UHGV virus genome: UHGV-1859364
Reading direction: 5' to 3' (one strand)
Length of the DNA: 39,078 bases
From: a virus
Notes under the pieces: generated by a model
What the model was told of the DNA's origin: nothing
Seen by the model: only the letters and a program-made list of their open reading frames with translations
Databases searched by the model: none
Translations under genes and position numbers: made by a program
Part shown: positions 1 to 9,122 of the stretch, piece after piece
How positions within the stretch are numbered: position 1 is the first letter of the stretch
Layout: every line of letters begins with the position of its first letter

Positions 1-242
1 ACTTTGTCGTACAGTTCAAACATTTCCGGGTAAGAAGCATTCAGAGTGTCTTTCAATGCATTTTCAATGTCCTCCGAAGAATACCCTAGTATTTTTAACC
101 GGTTAATCTGCCAGTCTGCTGTGCTGGTGATTTCGCCCGTCTTCTTAATTCTCCGAACAATATCCTGCATGATCCTGACTTCAAGATCTGCGTATCTTGC
201 CGCAATCTTGCTGGCGATCTTTTCCTTGTATTCATTTCTCAT
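1..242 (-). CDS. Minor head protein, SPP1 gp7 / Mu F-like: N-terminal 80 codons. The gene continues in frame across the window junction into 39078..37422.
   Basis: The ATG at 240-242 (minus) sits 1 nt after the portal stop (244-246). Reading leftward to position 1 and continuing at 39078 keeps the frame: ...ELYDK-V-IDWEYVRNKDLYEQ... The Mu F motif (RPTHTIW...GANCYHTYFP) lies in the downstream part. Confidence 0.7.
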   Translation of the reverse strand, partial: MRNEYKEKIASKIAARYADLEVRIMQDIVRRIKKTGEITSTADWQINRLKILGYSSEDIENALKDTLNASYPEMFELYDK

Positions 243-243
243 A

Positions 244-1659
244 TCACTCCATCACCTGATTTTGCTCGGGAAGATTCTGACGAGCCTGCTCAACCGTTTC
301 TCCATACCACTTCGCCCGATATTCTTCCAACCTCATCACGCCCATGCTCACATCCTGCCGATCCTGCTGACGTTCCGAATCCTTATCCTCAATGATGGAA
401 TCATCAAAATCTATCGTGATTTCTGTATCAGGATCCAGTACATTCCCCGTGACCTGACCGAGCCGGATAATAATTCTGATTAATCTCTTTAGCACGTCTT
501 CCAGAATGATCTCATGCTTTTTCAGCATCCGGTACATGTCTGAATTTTCAGAAATAATTTCCGTAGCTGTTTTGGCTCCAATCCCGTTAAATTGATACCG
601 GTTCGTGCCAAATCCACACTTTAAGGAAAGATAATTCAGATCGTCATTGATCGCCTTGCTGTGTGCTTCTACCCGAAGCTGCATATCAACTTCTTTGATA
701 AGCCCTTCACCTTTTTCGTTATAATCATCCGGCAGCTTGTAAAATACCGCATCCTCCGGGTCAAATGCCGGTGTCCCGTCATCATTGGTCAGCAATTCAG
801 GTGCAACAAAAATCCGCTTTCGCCCAAGATCAAACTCATTACAATACGAATCATATTCAGTATCCAATTTTCTCAACGTATCAATAGCATTCGCAAAAAT
901 AGCAATTCCCATCGGGTTGCTCGTATCTGCATTATTGGTTATGTTTAAACGGTCAAGCACAAACTGCGGCTCTGTCGATCCGGTTTGAACAGTAGCTGTC
1001 AAATTCTTAAATGGTCGCAATTCTTTCCATTCTTTCTCATCAACTTCTGTTCCTGAAGACTCACCGGATCCACATCTGAGAACTTTATTTTCTATAATGT
1101 AATTTCCATCTTCTGCTTTTCGATGATGCTGCAAATGCACATATTTCTTTCGATTGGCTGTATGCGGAAAAGCAAAAATACACTCCGAAACTTCTCCATT
1201 CTTCCAGCTCACTGGAAAAATATTGGGTGCATCCACATATTCAATTCCAATCTTTCCTGATAGTACGGAGCCATCCTCGCTCACTTCCGTATCATACAAA
1301 TACGGAATGTATGCAACTGTTCCAGTGTATGCCTTACGCTCCTGGAAGTCATTTCCGATCACCAGAAAATGGTTTTCATCTAATATTTCCTGCACAAATT
1401 TTTGTGTAGCATCATCTTCCAATGTGATCATAACCTTTTCGTTTAGCAGCAGGTCTGCAATATCCTCAGAAAGCTTTTTCGCCATCCCCATGCTCTTTCG
1501 CCTGCATCGGTTATACGTTCCACGCCCAGTATACGCCTTGTAAAAAGAAAACCCTCTTACATTGGAGTTGTACCAGCTGATCCATTCGTTTATCTTTTGA
1601 TAAAATGACGTATCCACAGTGTCTATTCCTGCTTTCCTGAAATAACTAAAAATGTTCAC
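244..1659 (-). CDS. Phage portal protein (SPP1 Gp6-like)
   Basis: 471 aa. It overlaps the terL stop (ATGA-type coupling, GTG start) and lies between the terminase large subunit and the MuF head protein, the canonical SPP1 order. Confidence 0.85.
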   Translation of the reverse strand: MNIFSYFRKAGIDTVDTSFYQKINEWISWYNSNVRGFSFYKAYTGRGTYNRCRRKSMGMAKKLSEDIADLLLNEKVMITLEDDATQKFVQEILDENHFLVIGNDFQERKAYTGTVAYIPYLYDTEVSEDGSVLSGKIGIEYVDAPNIFPVSWKNGEVSECIFAFPHTANRKKYVHLQHHRKAEDGNYIIENKVLRCGSGESSGTEVDEKEWKELRPFKNLTATVQTGSTEPQFVLDRLNITNNADTSNPMGIAIFANAIDTLRKLDTEYDSYCNEFDLGRKRIFVAPELLTNDDGTPAFDPEDAVFYKLPDDYNEKGEGLIKEVDMQLRVEAHSKAINDDLNYLSLKCGFGTNRYQFNGIGAKTATEIISENSDMYRMLKKHEIILEDVLKRLIRIIIRLGQVTGNVLDPDTEITIDFDDSIIEDKDSERQQDRQDVSMGVMRLEEYRAKWYGETVEQARQNLPEQNQVME

Positions 1660-3014
1660 CCCTCATCACCTCCTTCATCTATTGGCAGCCAATGCCTTAT
1701 CCTGCTCCACGCTCCCATCACCGCGTACCGGATCGCATCCATGCAGTGATCATCCATTTTTACTGGCACTTCCTTACCTCTTTCAATAGATTTTTTATCA
1801 TATTCATAAGTTCCAAATTCCCGGTCTGCATTCTCCTGACTGGGATCAATCGACATCACCTCGAACGAAAGTGCTTTTTGCACTCTGCTAATGCCAAGAG
1901 CAACACTGTTATCTGCATCACGCAACTTCACAGAATATTCTAGGTTTCTCGTTGCTCTCCTGACCTCTTCCGCAAGCCCTTTTGCTGATGGATCCAGGAA
2001 CAGATAAAAAACTGATGTCCCATATTTATCCCTAATGTTTTTTGTAAAATCCACAAAGTCCCGAGCATATTCTGACGGACTTTTCTGCCGCCCGGAATCA
2101 CGCCCACTGTGGTAGTATTCTCCAAGTCCGGGGAATTTCTTGCGGTACAGATCTAGTCCGAACGCTTCGAAAGTCGTAGCATTCTGCTGTCCATAGTCTC
2201 CACCGATATAGACTCTTTCGTAAATCCGCTGTGAATCTGCTTTCTGTCTGTGCCGGCTTCCGTACATATAGTAGATCAATTCATCTACACCGATTGCTTC
2301 ACCCAGCCAAACCCATCTATACATTTTCGGATCAGATGCCTTCATAGCTTCGGCAGATGCAATCAGATCAGGTCCCAGCCATTCAACCGGAACATCCCGG
2401 TAATCCGTATGAATATGAATGCAGTCCTCTCGCTTTTCCATCTTCTTGCACCACAAATTGATGGGTGCATTCGGATTTTTGGGAGGATTATAGAGATAGA
2501 TCATCTGAAATCCCCCTTTATTTCCACGAACGAACGTCGCTTCAATATTGGTCAGTTCATCTTCTCCCTCTCCATCGTCAAAAAACTCTGTCAGCTCATC
2601 CAGCACAACCAACTTGATCGGCTTATCCTCGTCAATGATACCTTTTGTGTCGTCAATACCATCTGAACCGGCAAAGTACATCGTTGTACCATGCTTTTTA
2701 TATGTTATTTCCATCGGGGATTTTGTAATCAGGAATTTACTTTTGGGAATTTCCAACCGATTAATCCCCCTGAGCATTTCTTTGTAGACTGTTTTTCTCA
2801 GCTTATTATGGTGTTTTCTTAAAACAACAACCGATCCATTCGCATCTGATACAAGCTGATAATCCGATCTTACCGCTGCGTAGCTCGACTTCGTTCCGGC
2901 TCTTCCGGAAGTCAGTATAATGTGCTTAATATGCCGATTATTAAATATCGGCAGGTATTTCGGGATTATTATCTCCGATATCTTCACTTGCTTCTTTCGG
3001 TGCGTCATTGACAA
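1656..3014 (-). CDS. terL: Terminase large subunit (PBSX/SPP1 family). The start is TTG at 3014 or ATG at 3008.
   Basis: 452 aa with an N-terminal ATPase region and a C-terminal nuclease region (DDHCMDAIRYA). It lies downstream of terS and upstream of the portal. Confidence 0.9.
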   Translation of the reverse strand: MSMTHRKKQVKISEIIIPKYLPIFNNRHIKHIILTSGRAGTKSSYAAVRSDYQLVSDANGSVVVLRKHHNKLRKTVYKEMLRGINRLEIPKSKFLITKSPMEITYKKHGTTMYFAGSDGIDDTKGIIDEDKPIKLVVLDELTEFFDDGEGEDELTNIEATFVRGNKGGFQMIYLYNPPKNPNAPINLWCKKMEKREDCIHIHTDYRDVPVEWLGPDLIASAEAMKASDPKMYRWVWLGEAIGVDELIYYMYGSRHRQKADSQRIYERVYIGGDYGQQNATTFEAFGLDLYRKKFPGLGEYYHSGRDSGRQKSPSEYARDFVDFTKNIRDKYGTSVFYLFLDPSAKGLAEEVRRATRNLEYSVKLRDADNSVALGISRVQKALSFEVMSIDPSQENADREFGTYEYDKKSIERGKEVPVKMDDHCMDAIRYAVMGAWSRIRHWLPIDEGGDEG

Positions 3015-3495
3015 TCTCTACTCCCCCATCTTCATCTCCATCGCCGCCGCTCATCCTTGCTGTATTCGCACGGATCTGTTCAATTCTTGCCTGCTGCTCC
3101 TCTTCATCCAGTTCTGTCTTTTCCGTCCAACCCTTGAAGTTGTTTCTCAGGCTGAACTGAGCCCCGCTCGACCCGTCCCGGTCAAAGAGCCGTTCTTCTG
3201 CATACGCTTCCACCCTTGCCTTCGCACGTGTTATCGTGTTCATAAACTCCTTTTTCCCTTGATAGTTCAATAGTGACAGCCTCGTAGAAAATCCAAGGGC
3301 TAAAGCTAGTCCTGTGACTGTCGGAGGACGTTGATTGATCACTACCGGACTTCCGAATTTATTAAATATCGGCTTTCCTTCATCATCTTTCAGAATTTCT
3401 CCTTCACATTCTTTAAAATACTCTTCAATCTTTTCTTCAATTTCTTCTTTACTCTTATACTTTGGCGGTCTTCCAACCACCTTTTTTGTAGCCAT
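2941..3495 (-). CDS. terS: Terminase small subunit
   Basis: 184 aa with the N-terminal HTH-like MATKKVVGRPPKYKSKEEIEEKIEEYF typical of terS. It has an acidic C-terminus and sits immediately upstream of terL. Confidence 0.75.
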   Translation of the reverse strand: MATKKVVGRPPKYKSKEEIEEKIEEYFKECEGEILKDDEGKPIFNKFGSPVVINQRPPTVTGLALALGFSTRLSLLNYQGKKEFMNTITRAKARVEAYAEERLFDRDGSSGAQFSLRNNFKGWTEKTELDEEEQQARIEQIRANTARMSGGDGDEDGGVEIVNDAPKEASEDIGDNNPEIPADI

Positions 3496-3513
3496 TTGAC
3501 CACCTCCATGCTA

Positions 3514-3891
3514 TTAAATGCCTCTACGTCCTCCACGGCGACCTTTCGTAGCTCTCCTCTGATCTCCACGGTTGCCGCCCATCGATGCGTCTGCCTGGTT
3601 AAGAAAATCGTTCGTCGCTTTCCTGTCTGCCTCATATGCCTTCTGTTCTGCTGCTTTCGACGCTGCAGTTACCGGCTTTACAGTTGCCCCATTTGCCTGG
3701 ACTCTTTTTGTAAAATCCCTTACTGTCATATTCAGCGGAGTAGGCTGTGGCGTTCCTCCCACTCCCCGCTGATAATAATTCATTCCGTTTTTCTCGGAAA
3801 AATAATACCTTGTAGTCTCTCCGTTGTGCGTTACATCAACACCACTTCCACCTCCGCCGCCACCAGATTTACTTCCTCTACCACCCATCAC
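3514..3891 (-). CDS. Hypothetical Gly-rich / RGG-box protein
   Basis: 125 aa with an N-terminal GGGGGGSG run and a C-terminal GRRGGRRG RGG-like tail. RBS GGAGG precedes it. It lies between DUF4417 and terS in the late operon. Confidence 0.45.
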   Translation of the reverse strand: MMGGRGSKSGGGGGGSGVDVTHNGETTRYYFSEKNGMNYYQRGVGGTPQPTPLNMTVRDFTKRVQANGATVKPVTAASKAAEQKAYEADRKATNDFLNQADASMGGNRGDQRRATKGRRGGRRGI

Positions 3892-4510
3892 ACGATGCCT
3901 CCTTAAATTTTTCCTGAAATGCCTTTATTCGTACAATGTTCCCCGTACACTCTTCCGGGATCTGCCCGTAAAATATAATCTTAGTCGGATGCAACTTCTT
4001 AACCATTTCTTTGTATCCGGCAAGAAATAGTTCCCGGCTCTTTTTATTTTGCATGCACCCCACACTGGATACTGCCACCGTGCCTCCTGTGGGCTCTCCA
4101 TCAAAGCACCAGGAATATGAATCCTCTGTACTCCATGCGATCGTTGGGATCACTTTTACCCCGTACATCTGCATATAAGCACCAATCCAATGCTTTCGGT
4201 AATGATTAAAGATCTGAACAGCTTTCGGAAAATCTGTATAAAGACTAAAATCCGGAGTAAATACGTACTGAAACTGCTGAAGCATCGGTATATATCTATC
4301 CGGATCATTCCATAATCTTATAAATTGATAGTCGTCAATAAAGAAATGAATGCTTTTCTTTTCTCTATCCTTACTTGTTGCTGCAAAATTGAATGGAATA
4401 AACTCTGTATCTCCATCAAAATCTACTGGCTTAAGTGTAGGTATCCCATACTCGCCCACACCATCAAATACCATACGTTCTAAATTTTCATATCTTTTCG
4501 GATCTCGCAA
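3878..4510 (-). CDS. DUF4417-like phage protein
   Basis: 210 aa. HFFIDDYQF...TPDFSLYTD...WCFDG...VAVSSVG resembles DUF4417 proteins. It occupies the slot between the late activator and terS, where cos phages often carry an HNH endonuclease. Confidence 0.5.
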   Translation of the reverse strand: MRDPKRYENLERMVFDGVGEYGIPTLKPVDFDGDTEFIPFNFAATSKDREKKSIHFFIDDYQFIRLWNDPDRYIPMLQQFQYVFTPDFSLYTDFPKAVQIFNHYRKHWIGAYMQMYGVKVIPTIAWSTEDSYSWCFDGEPTGGTVAVSSVGCMQNKKSRELFLAGYKEMVKKLHPTKIIFYGQIPEECTGNIVRIKAFQEKFKEASCDGW

Positions 4511-4599
4511 TCATTTCACCACCTCATATCTCCCTGCATACAGAAAAACACCCACACATTATTGTGCAGGTGCCTTTGTACGGGGAGGATTCGTCGAAA

Positions 4600-4668
4600 G
4601 TATCCCAAGAAGCTTTTCACTTCTTGCATTCTAACTATAACATATTCAAAATGTTAATAATGTTAATC
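4600..4668 (-). promoter_or_regulatory. Candidate late promoter with TAACAT direct/inverted repeats (putative activator-binding site)
   Basis: The minus strand reads GATTAACATTATTAACATTTTGAATATGTTATAGTTAGAAT. There are two direct TTAACATT repeats plus an inverted ATGTTA. The element has -35 TTAACA, an 18-nt spacer and -10 TAGAAT. It lies just downstream of the RinA/ArpU-like gene and upstream of the late genes. Confidence 0.35.
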
Positions 4669-5076
4669 TTTTATAAGACTTCCAACTATCTGTGCAATTC
4701 TGCTCCTGCTATATCCCGTCATCCTCGCCACCTCTTCTTGCGTCATGTCGTCGAGATATATGGATTCCAGTATTGTTCTTTCCAGTCCTTCCGGAAGTCC
4801 GGCTATGTAAGATTCTACGGTATCCAGTTCTGCCAGTACGGCTGTCTTCTGCCGTTCTTTTTCGCTGATCCGCAGCTTGATCCGTGTCGCTTCTGCTGGC
4901 TCCGGCACTTCCACACTGATATGCTCCCGGATGTATGGAAAGTCATCCCCGGATTTTTCCACCTTCCCCGATACGGTCGGAACGCTCTCAAGACGGTCAT
5001 ACAGCCGTTCCAGTGACTGCTCAAGAGTCAGCAGTTCTTTCTTTCGCTTTTTGTATCGCCTTAGTAAGCCTTTCAT
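4663..5076 (-). CDS. Late-gene transcriptional activator, sigma-70 region-4-like (RinA/ArpU-type)
   Basis: 137 aa. The C-terminal HTH LPEGLERTILESIYLDDMTQEEVARMTGYSRSRIAQI is sigma region-4-like. It lies just upstream of the packaging module, as RinA/ArpU family genes do. Confidence 0.6.
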   Translation of the reverse strand: MKGLLRRYKKRKKELLTLEQSLERLYDRLESVPTVSGKVEKSGDDFPYIREHISVEVPEPAEATRIKLRISEKERQKTAVLAELDTVESYIAGLPEGLERTILESIYLDDMTQEEVARMTGYSRSRIAQIVGSLIKD

Positions 5077-5308
5077 TCTTGTCCACCTCCCTTTGTATCC
5101 TGTCTATGATGTAATCACCGTCAGCGTCCATATATGCTCCGGCATCCCTCCGAAAGAATCTTTCAATGTTCATCTTTTCCCACTGTGCCTGACTGTCTTC
5201 TGGATTCCTCTTCAGCCTTTTCAGGACTGCCCGGTAGTCTTTCCCAGCTTTTTCCACGATCGCATGGGCAAGCCTGACATAGCCATCAATGTTCCGCTCC
5301 ACCTGCAT
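5021..5308 (-). CDS. Hypothetical protein
   Basis: 95-aa ORF in the compact minus-strand array. It overlaps the start of the activator gene. Confidence 0.45.
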   Translation of the reverse strand: MQVERNIDGYVRLAHAIVEKAGKDYRAVLKRLKRNPEDSQAQWEKMNIERFFRRDAGAYMDADGDYIIDRIQREVDKNERLTKAIQKAKERTADS

Positions 5309-5498
5309 CCACTCCCTTCTTCGTATCTACTCCCCACTTTTTCAGTGCATCCTCCACTGTATAATTCGGGTATGCCGGACGGTGGAAGTCTGTACTGGCT
5401 TTCCGATCCGGTGGATGCTCTGCCATCCCGGCATAGTGTTCTTTCTGATTCTGCCGGATCTCTGCTGGACTCCAGCGTCTGTCTGTGCTTCGTTTCAA
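5286..5498 (-). CDS. Hypothetical protein
   Basis: 70-aa ORF, tightly packed with its neighbours. Confidence 0.4.
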   Translation of the reverse strand: MKRSTDRRWSPAEIRQNQKEHYAGMAEHPPDRKASTDFHRPAYPNYTVEDALKKWGVDTKKGVDAGGAEH

Positions 5499-5529
5499 GG
5501 GGCATCACTCCTTTTCTTCAACCATATCT

Positions 5530-5991
5530 CTATTCATAATCTTCCACCACCTCTAACTTCTTCAAATCCTCGATAAGCCACGGTTCGGAATCGCTCCATT
5601 TGACCATTGGGAAGTCGATGTTGAACATACTCACACAATTATATGTCCCATTCATCCACATCTTAAAGGGCTCAGATTTATTTGGTTTATCATCCCATAC
5701 CGAAATTGTTCCGTCACCATCTCTTGTCATCCATTTTGCACATTCTCTAAAACACTCTAAAAACGCTCTATCTCTCCTGCTTATTACTGGCTTTTCAATG
5801 TACTCTGATTCCGCCCATTCTTTAAGCGTTACCCTATACATGTTACGACAACTAAGTGTGCATTCATCACATTCGATATCAGCACATCTTACTGGCTTTC
5901 CAGTTTTTTTACTAACTGCCACACTATGTCTATCGCACGTAATTTCAACAATCTCTTTCGCAAATTTTTCTTTATTCTTCATCTCTATCAT
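5530..5991 (-). CDS. Hypothetical Cys-rich protein
   Basis: 153 aa with a CADIECDECTLSC cluster. Its start overlaps the upstream gene stop (ATGA). Confidence 0.55.
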   Translation of the reverse strand: MIEMKNKEKFAKEIVEITCDRHSVAVSKKTGKPVRCADIECDECTLSCRNMYRVTLKEWAESEYIEKPVISRRDRAFLECFRECAKWMTRDGDGTISVWDDKPNKSEPFKMWMNGTYNCVSMFNIDFPMVKWSDSEPWLIEDLKKLEVVEDYE

Positions 5992-6458
5992 TCTCCCTTA
6001 TATGGCTCTGGTAGTGGCATCCAAGCAATAACACAATCTCCGTTCAATGGGGCATCTTCGATGCTTATCAATGCATTCACTTGTTCGTCACTATCTAAAT
6101 GCCATATTTTTTGTACCGCATCATAATTTGCATACATTACATATTCTTCATCGTACGGAGCATCGCATATATCATACGTTGATGTCGGACAATGGCTTCT
6201 CATTACACTGACAATGCATCTTGCCCAATATGAATCTCCTTTCGGTCTAGGTAATCTATCACTGCATGAAATCCACTCACCATGAAGATTGTTCGCTCTT
6301 ACCTTTTTCGATAATGTTTCGATTGTGTTAATGGCATCTCTAATATCTTTCGCCCATAAATCTTGCAAATTGCCGATATCCATATCAAGCTCTGGGTCTG
6401 TCTCAAGGCGTTCCGCTATGTTTGCAAGTAATTTCATCTGTTCACTTATCATGCTCAT
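5988..6458 (-). CDS. DUF551-like phage protein
   Basis: 156 aa. GEWISCSDRLP...WMPLPEPYKGE matches the W-I-S-x-x-D-R-L-P signature of DUF551. Confidence 0.55.
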   Translation of the reverse strand: MSMISEQMKLLANIAERLETDPELDMDIGNLQDLWAKDIRDAINTIETLSKKVRANNLHGEWISCSDRLPRPKGDSYWARCIVSVMRSHCPTSTYDICDAPYDEEYVMYANYDAVQKIWHLDSDEQVNALISIEDAPLNGDCVIAWMPLPEPYKGE

Positions 6459-6493
6459 GATTCCACCTCTTTCTTAAATACATTTCGCACATA

Positions 6494-8104
6494 TTATGCA
6501 AATCTCATCTGTCCTGTCTGTTCCTCTGCAATCCGCAAATTTCCAACTCGCTCAGCCACGCATAGCTCTGGCAGGTTCGCCCTTACCATCGCTGCAGGTA
6601 TCGGCGGACAAACCGCATTACCGCATCTTTTAACCTGTTCACTTCTCGGATATGTCTTGCCGGTATAGTCATGGTCGATTATGTAATCATCCGGAAATCC
6701 TTGGCAACCATACAGTTCCTTCGGTTCCAGCATCCGAAGTCCGATATCTACAATCTGGTAGTCAACACCTTCAATTGTCACAAGTCCGAATCTATCCTTT
6801 GTCGTTACTGTGTCAAGTGGCTTTTCAATATCTTGTCCTGTAGCATCTCCATAATATTTAATCAAAAAGGCTCTTACTTCTCCAAAATGTCCGGGCGATG
6901 TTGTAATCGTGTGCAAAGGTTCTCTGATATCCTGTCCGGTTCCGCTCTTGTAAAACTTGCTTAGGAACGATGTGACCAGTCCATATCTATTCGAACCATC
7001 CACTGTCATAATCGGGTCTTTAATTGTCTGTCCTCTGACTTCATCCTTGGAAGTCTCCGAATGGTACTGAATCAGAGTCGGCGCAAGTTTTGGTTCAATT
7101 AGACAATGCTCATTCTTGCTGACTATCGTAGTAAGAGGTTCCCGAACATCCTTGCTTCTGTCCTTTGCGAACCCTGTCTGTCCAATCTGCACCAAATACG
7201 GCTCTACAACTCCAAATCCATGTTTTCCGGTTATGGTCGGCATCGGTTCACGTATATCCTGCGGTCTACGCTCTCCACCGTGATTGCACTGAACGATGAA
7301 CGGTTCCGGATTATCCAGAACGAATTTCTTCAATCCTCTTGCAATCCTATCCATTGTCTTCGGTGCCAGCGGGCGTACCGCTCTGATTCCATATTTCTCT
7401 TTTATTTCTTCCGAAGTATCAAAAATGGATGGACACGGCCGGCTGAAATCAATCTGTGTATATGCTCCAACATAAGGTCTCAAACGTCCTAACTTTACTT
7501 CATCGCTATCTGCCGGTGCATGAGTCGGTTCTGGCCAGACGATCGGATTGCCATCACATCTCGCAATCATGAAGAATCTCTTTCGCATGGTCGGTGCGCC
7601 ATAATCAGCTGCCACCAGTTCGTTAAATTCAACTTCATATCCTAGCCGCCGGAGCTGCTCTACGAATTTATCGAATGTTACACCCTGTTTCTGCTTAATT
7701 GGTCTATGGGACCTGTTCAACGGACCCCATGTTTTAAATTCTTCCACGTTCTCTAACATGATCACTCTCGGTCTGACAAGTCCTGCCCATCTAAGAGCAA
7801 CCCATGCAAGACCACGAATGTTCTTATCTTTCGGTTTTCCGCCTTTTGCTTTGCTGAAGTGTTTGCAGTCCGGCGAAAACCAGGCAAGTCCGACTGGATG
7901 TCCGTTGCACGCCTTTACCGGATCCACGTCCCACACGCTTTCACAATAGTGCTTCGTGTTCGGATGATTCGCCTTGTGCATTCGGATGGCTTCTGGATCG
8001 TGATTGATTGCGATGTCCACGCTATATCCAGTTGCCATCTCCATTCCAGTGCTTGCCCCGCCGCCGCCTGCAAAGTTGTCTACTATCAATTCTCCGTTAA
8101 TCAT
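6494..8104 (-). CDS. DNA (cytosine-5)-methyltransferase with five tandem TRD-like repeats (possibly multispecific). An alternative GTG start at 8131 is possible.
   Basis: Motif I DNFAGGGG, PC motif FSPDCKHFS and ENV motif VIMLENVEEF are present. The C-terminal half carries five ~35-aa repeats with consensus D(I/V)REP(L/M)xT(I/V)T......FG(L/V)V. The last merges into the QGFPDDY motif. Confidence 0.85.
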   Translation of the reverse strand: MINGELIVDNFAGGGGASTGMEMATGYSVDIAINHDPEAIRMHKANHPNTKHYCESVWDVDPVKACNGHPVGLAWFSPDCKHFSKAKGGKPKDKNIRGLAWVALRWAGLVRPRVIMLENVEEFKTWGPLNRSHRPIKQKQGVTFDKFVEQLRRLGYEVEFNELVAADYGAPTMRKRFFMIARCDGNPIVWPEPTHAPADSDEVKLGRLRPYVGAYTQIDFSRPCPSIFDTSEEIKEKYGIRAVRPLAPKTMDRIARGLKKFVLDNPEPFIVQCNHGGERRPQDIREPMPTITGKHGFGVVEPYLVQIGQTGFAKDRSKDVREPLTTIVSKNEHCLIEPKLAPTLIQYHSETSKDEVRGQTIKDPIMTVDGSNRYGLVTSFLSKFYKSGTGQDIREPLHTITTSPGHFGEVRAFLIKYYGDATGQDIEKPLDTVTTKDRFGLVTIEGVDYQIVDIGLRMLEPKELYGCQGFPDDYIIDHDYTGKTYPRSEQVKRCGNAVCPPIPAAMVRANLPELCVAERVGNLRIAEEQTGQMRFA

Positions 8105-8108
8105 CCAA

Positions 8109-8366
8109 TCACCACCAATCCTGACTTGCACTTGAATTACCCATGATTCCGTTACTCATTGCTGTTGTCTTGCCATTTGCTCCGTAAGCATATCTAAGTC
8201 CTTTATCTGCATTGATTCCTTGCCAGTGCATGTTGCCCTCATGCAAGACAATCAGGTCATTCATACTGTAGTCCTCTTTCGGATTCAGCTCTACATACTT
8301 TTCAGCACCTTTTTTCGTACCGTATCCGCATTTCTGCACGGTCTTTATAAATTCTTCTGCTGTCAT
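8109..8366 (-). CDS. Hypothetical protein
   Basis: 85-aa ORF with an ATG start. It lies immediately upstream of the methyltransferase. Confidence 0.45.
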   Translation of the reverse strand: MTAEEFIKTVQKCGYGTKKGAEKYVELNPKEDYSMNDLIVLHEGNMHWQGINADKGLRYAYGANGKTTAMSNGIMGNSSASQDWW

Positions 8367-8670
8367 TTTCTCACTCGGAGCAAAGATATCTTTTCTGTGC
8401 GCACAAATCTCCTGCTCCTTTCTGTTTTACTGTCTAGTTGCTGTAATTCTTTTTTTCGCTATCTCGTAAAAATGAGAATCTAGTTCAAAACCGATAAAAT
8501 TTCTTCCGGTATTCACATATGCTACACCTCTTTCGCTTTACAGGTCAGACCTTTGTGGAAATACATTTCTGTCCTTCTTCTGGTTTTCACGTAGTCGTAA
8601 TCCCCAATGATCTGTTCGCCACATCTTGCACAGATCAGCACATCTTCTTCCTTTGCCCGCTCTTTTTTTC

Positions 8671-8910
8671 TCAATTCTTTTCTTCTTCACTGTATCCATC
8701 CTCCACGATTGCATTGATGATCGGTGACCACGAAAGCGTCAGCCAGCTGATAAAGTTATACATCGTCATGCTGATTTTACTGTATTTACTTTCCAGTGCC
8801 TTTACAGTGTCATTGAATCCTCTTGCACTCTTTGTTTCCTGTGTTTCCTTGTATGCTTTCCATATGGCATTCTGTATGTCTGCCACGTATTCATGCTTAA
8901 TCTCACTCAT
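8671..8910 (-). CDS. Hypothetical protein
   Basis: 79-aa ORF. Downstream in another frame is a possible small zinc-ribbon ORF (CARCGEQ, ~8523-8660) that lacks a clear ATG start. Confidence 0.4.
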   Translation of the reverse strand: MSEIKHEYVADIQNAIWKAYKETQETKSARGFNDTVKALESKYSKISMTMYNFISWLTLSWSPIINAIVEDGYSEEEKN

Positions 8911-9122
8911 AGTTACACTTTTCTCCTGTTCGTTACAGTCGGTTACAAACTGGCTTGTAACGCTAAACCCCTTGTATTTACTGGCTTAAATGGCATTTTT
9001 AAATATCGGTTACACGGTTACAACGCTTTTTCCTATATAGGGAGCGGTCTGTGTATATACACACAACACCATATATATATTAAATTCCGTGTGTAACCTT
9101 TGTAACTTTGTAACCGCCCCGC
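8911..9122. other. Putative phage origin of replication: GGTTACA/TGTAACC iterons flanking an AT-rich segment
   Basis: At least 7 copies of GGTTACA or its complement lie at about 8941, 8958, 9011, 9018, 9088, 9098 and 9107. An AT-rich stretch (catatatatattaaatt) and the perfect palindrome GTGTATATACAC (9051-9062) are also present. The region is immediately 3' of the helicase gene. Confidence 0.4.

Noticed and set aside
8523-8660. Small minus-strand zinc-ribbon-like reading frame (..LICARCGEQIIGDYDYVKTRRRTEMYFHKGLTCKAKEV)
   Set aside because: There is no ATG or GTG start with an RBS, only a possible TTG. It is too uncertain to call as a gene and is noted only as a possible unannotated small protein.
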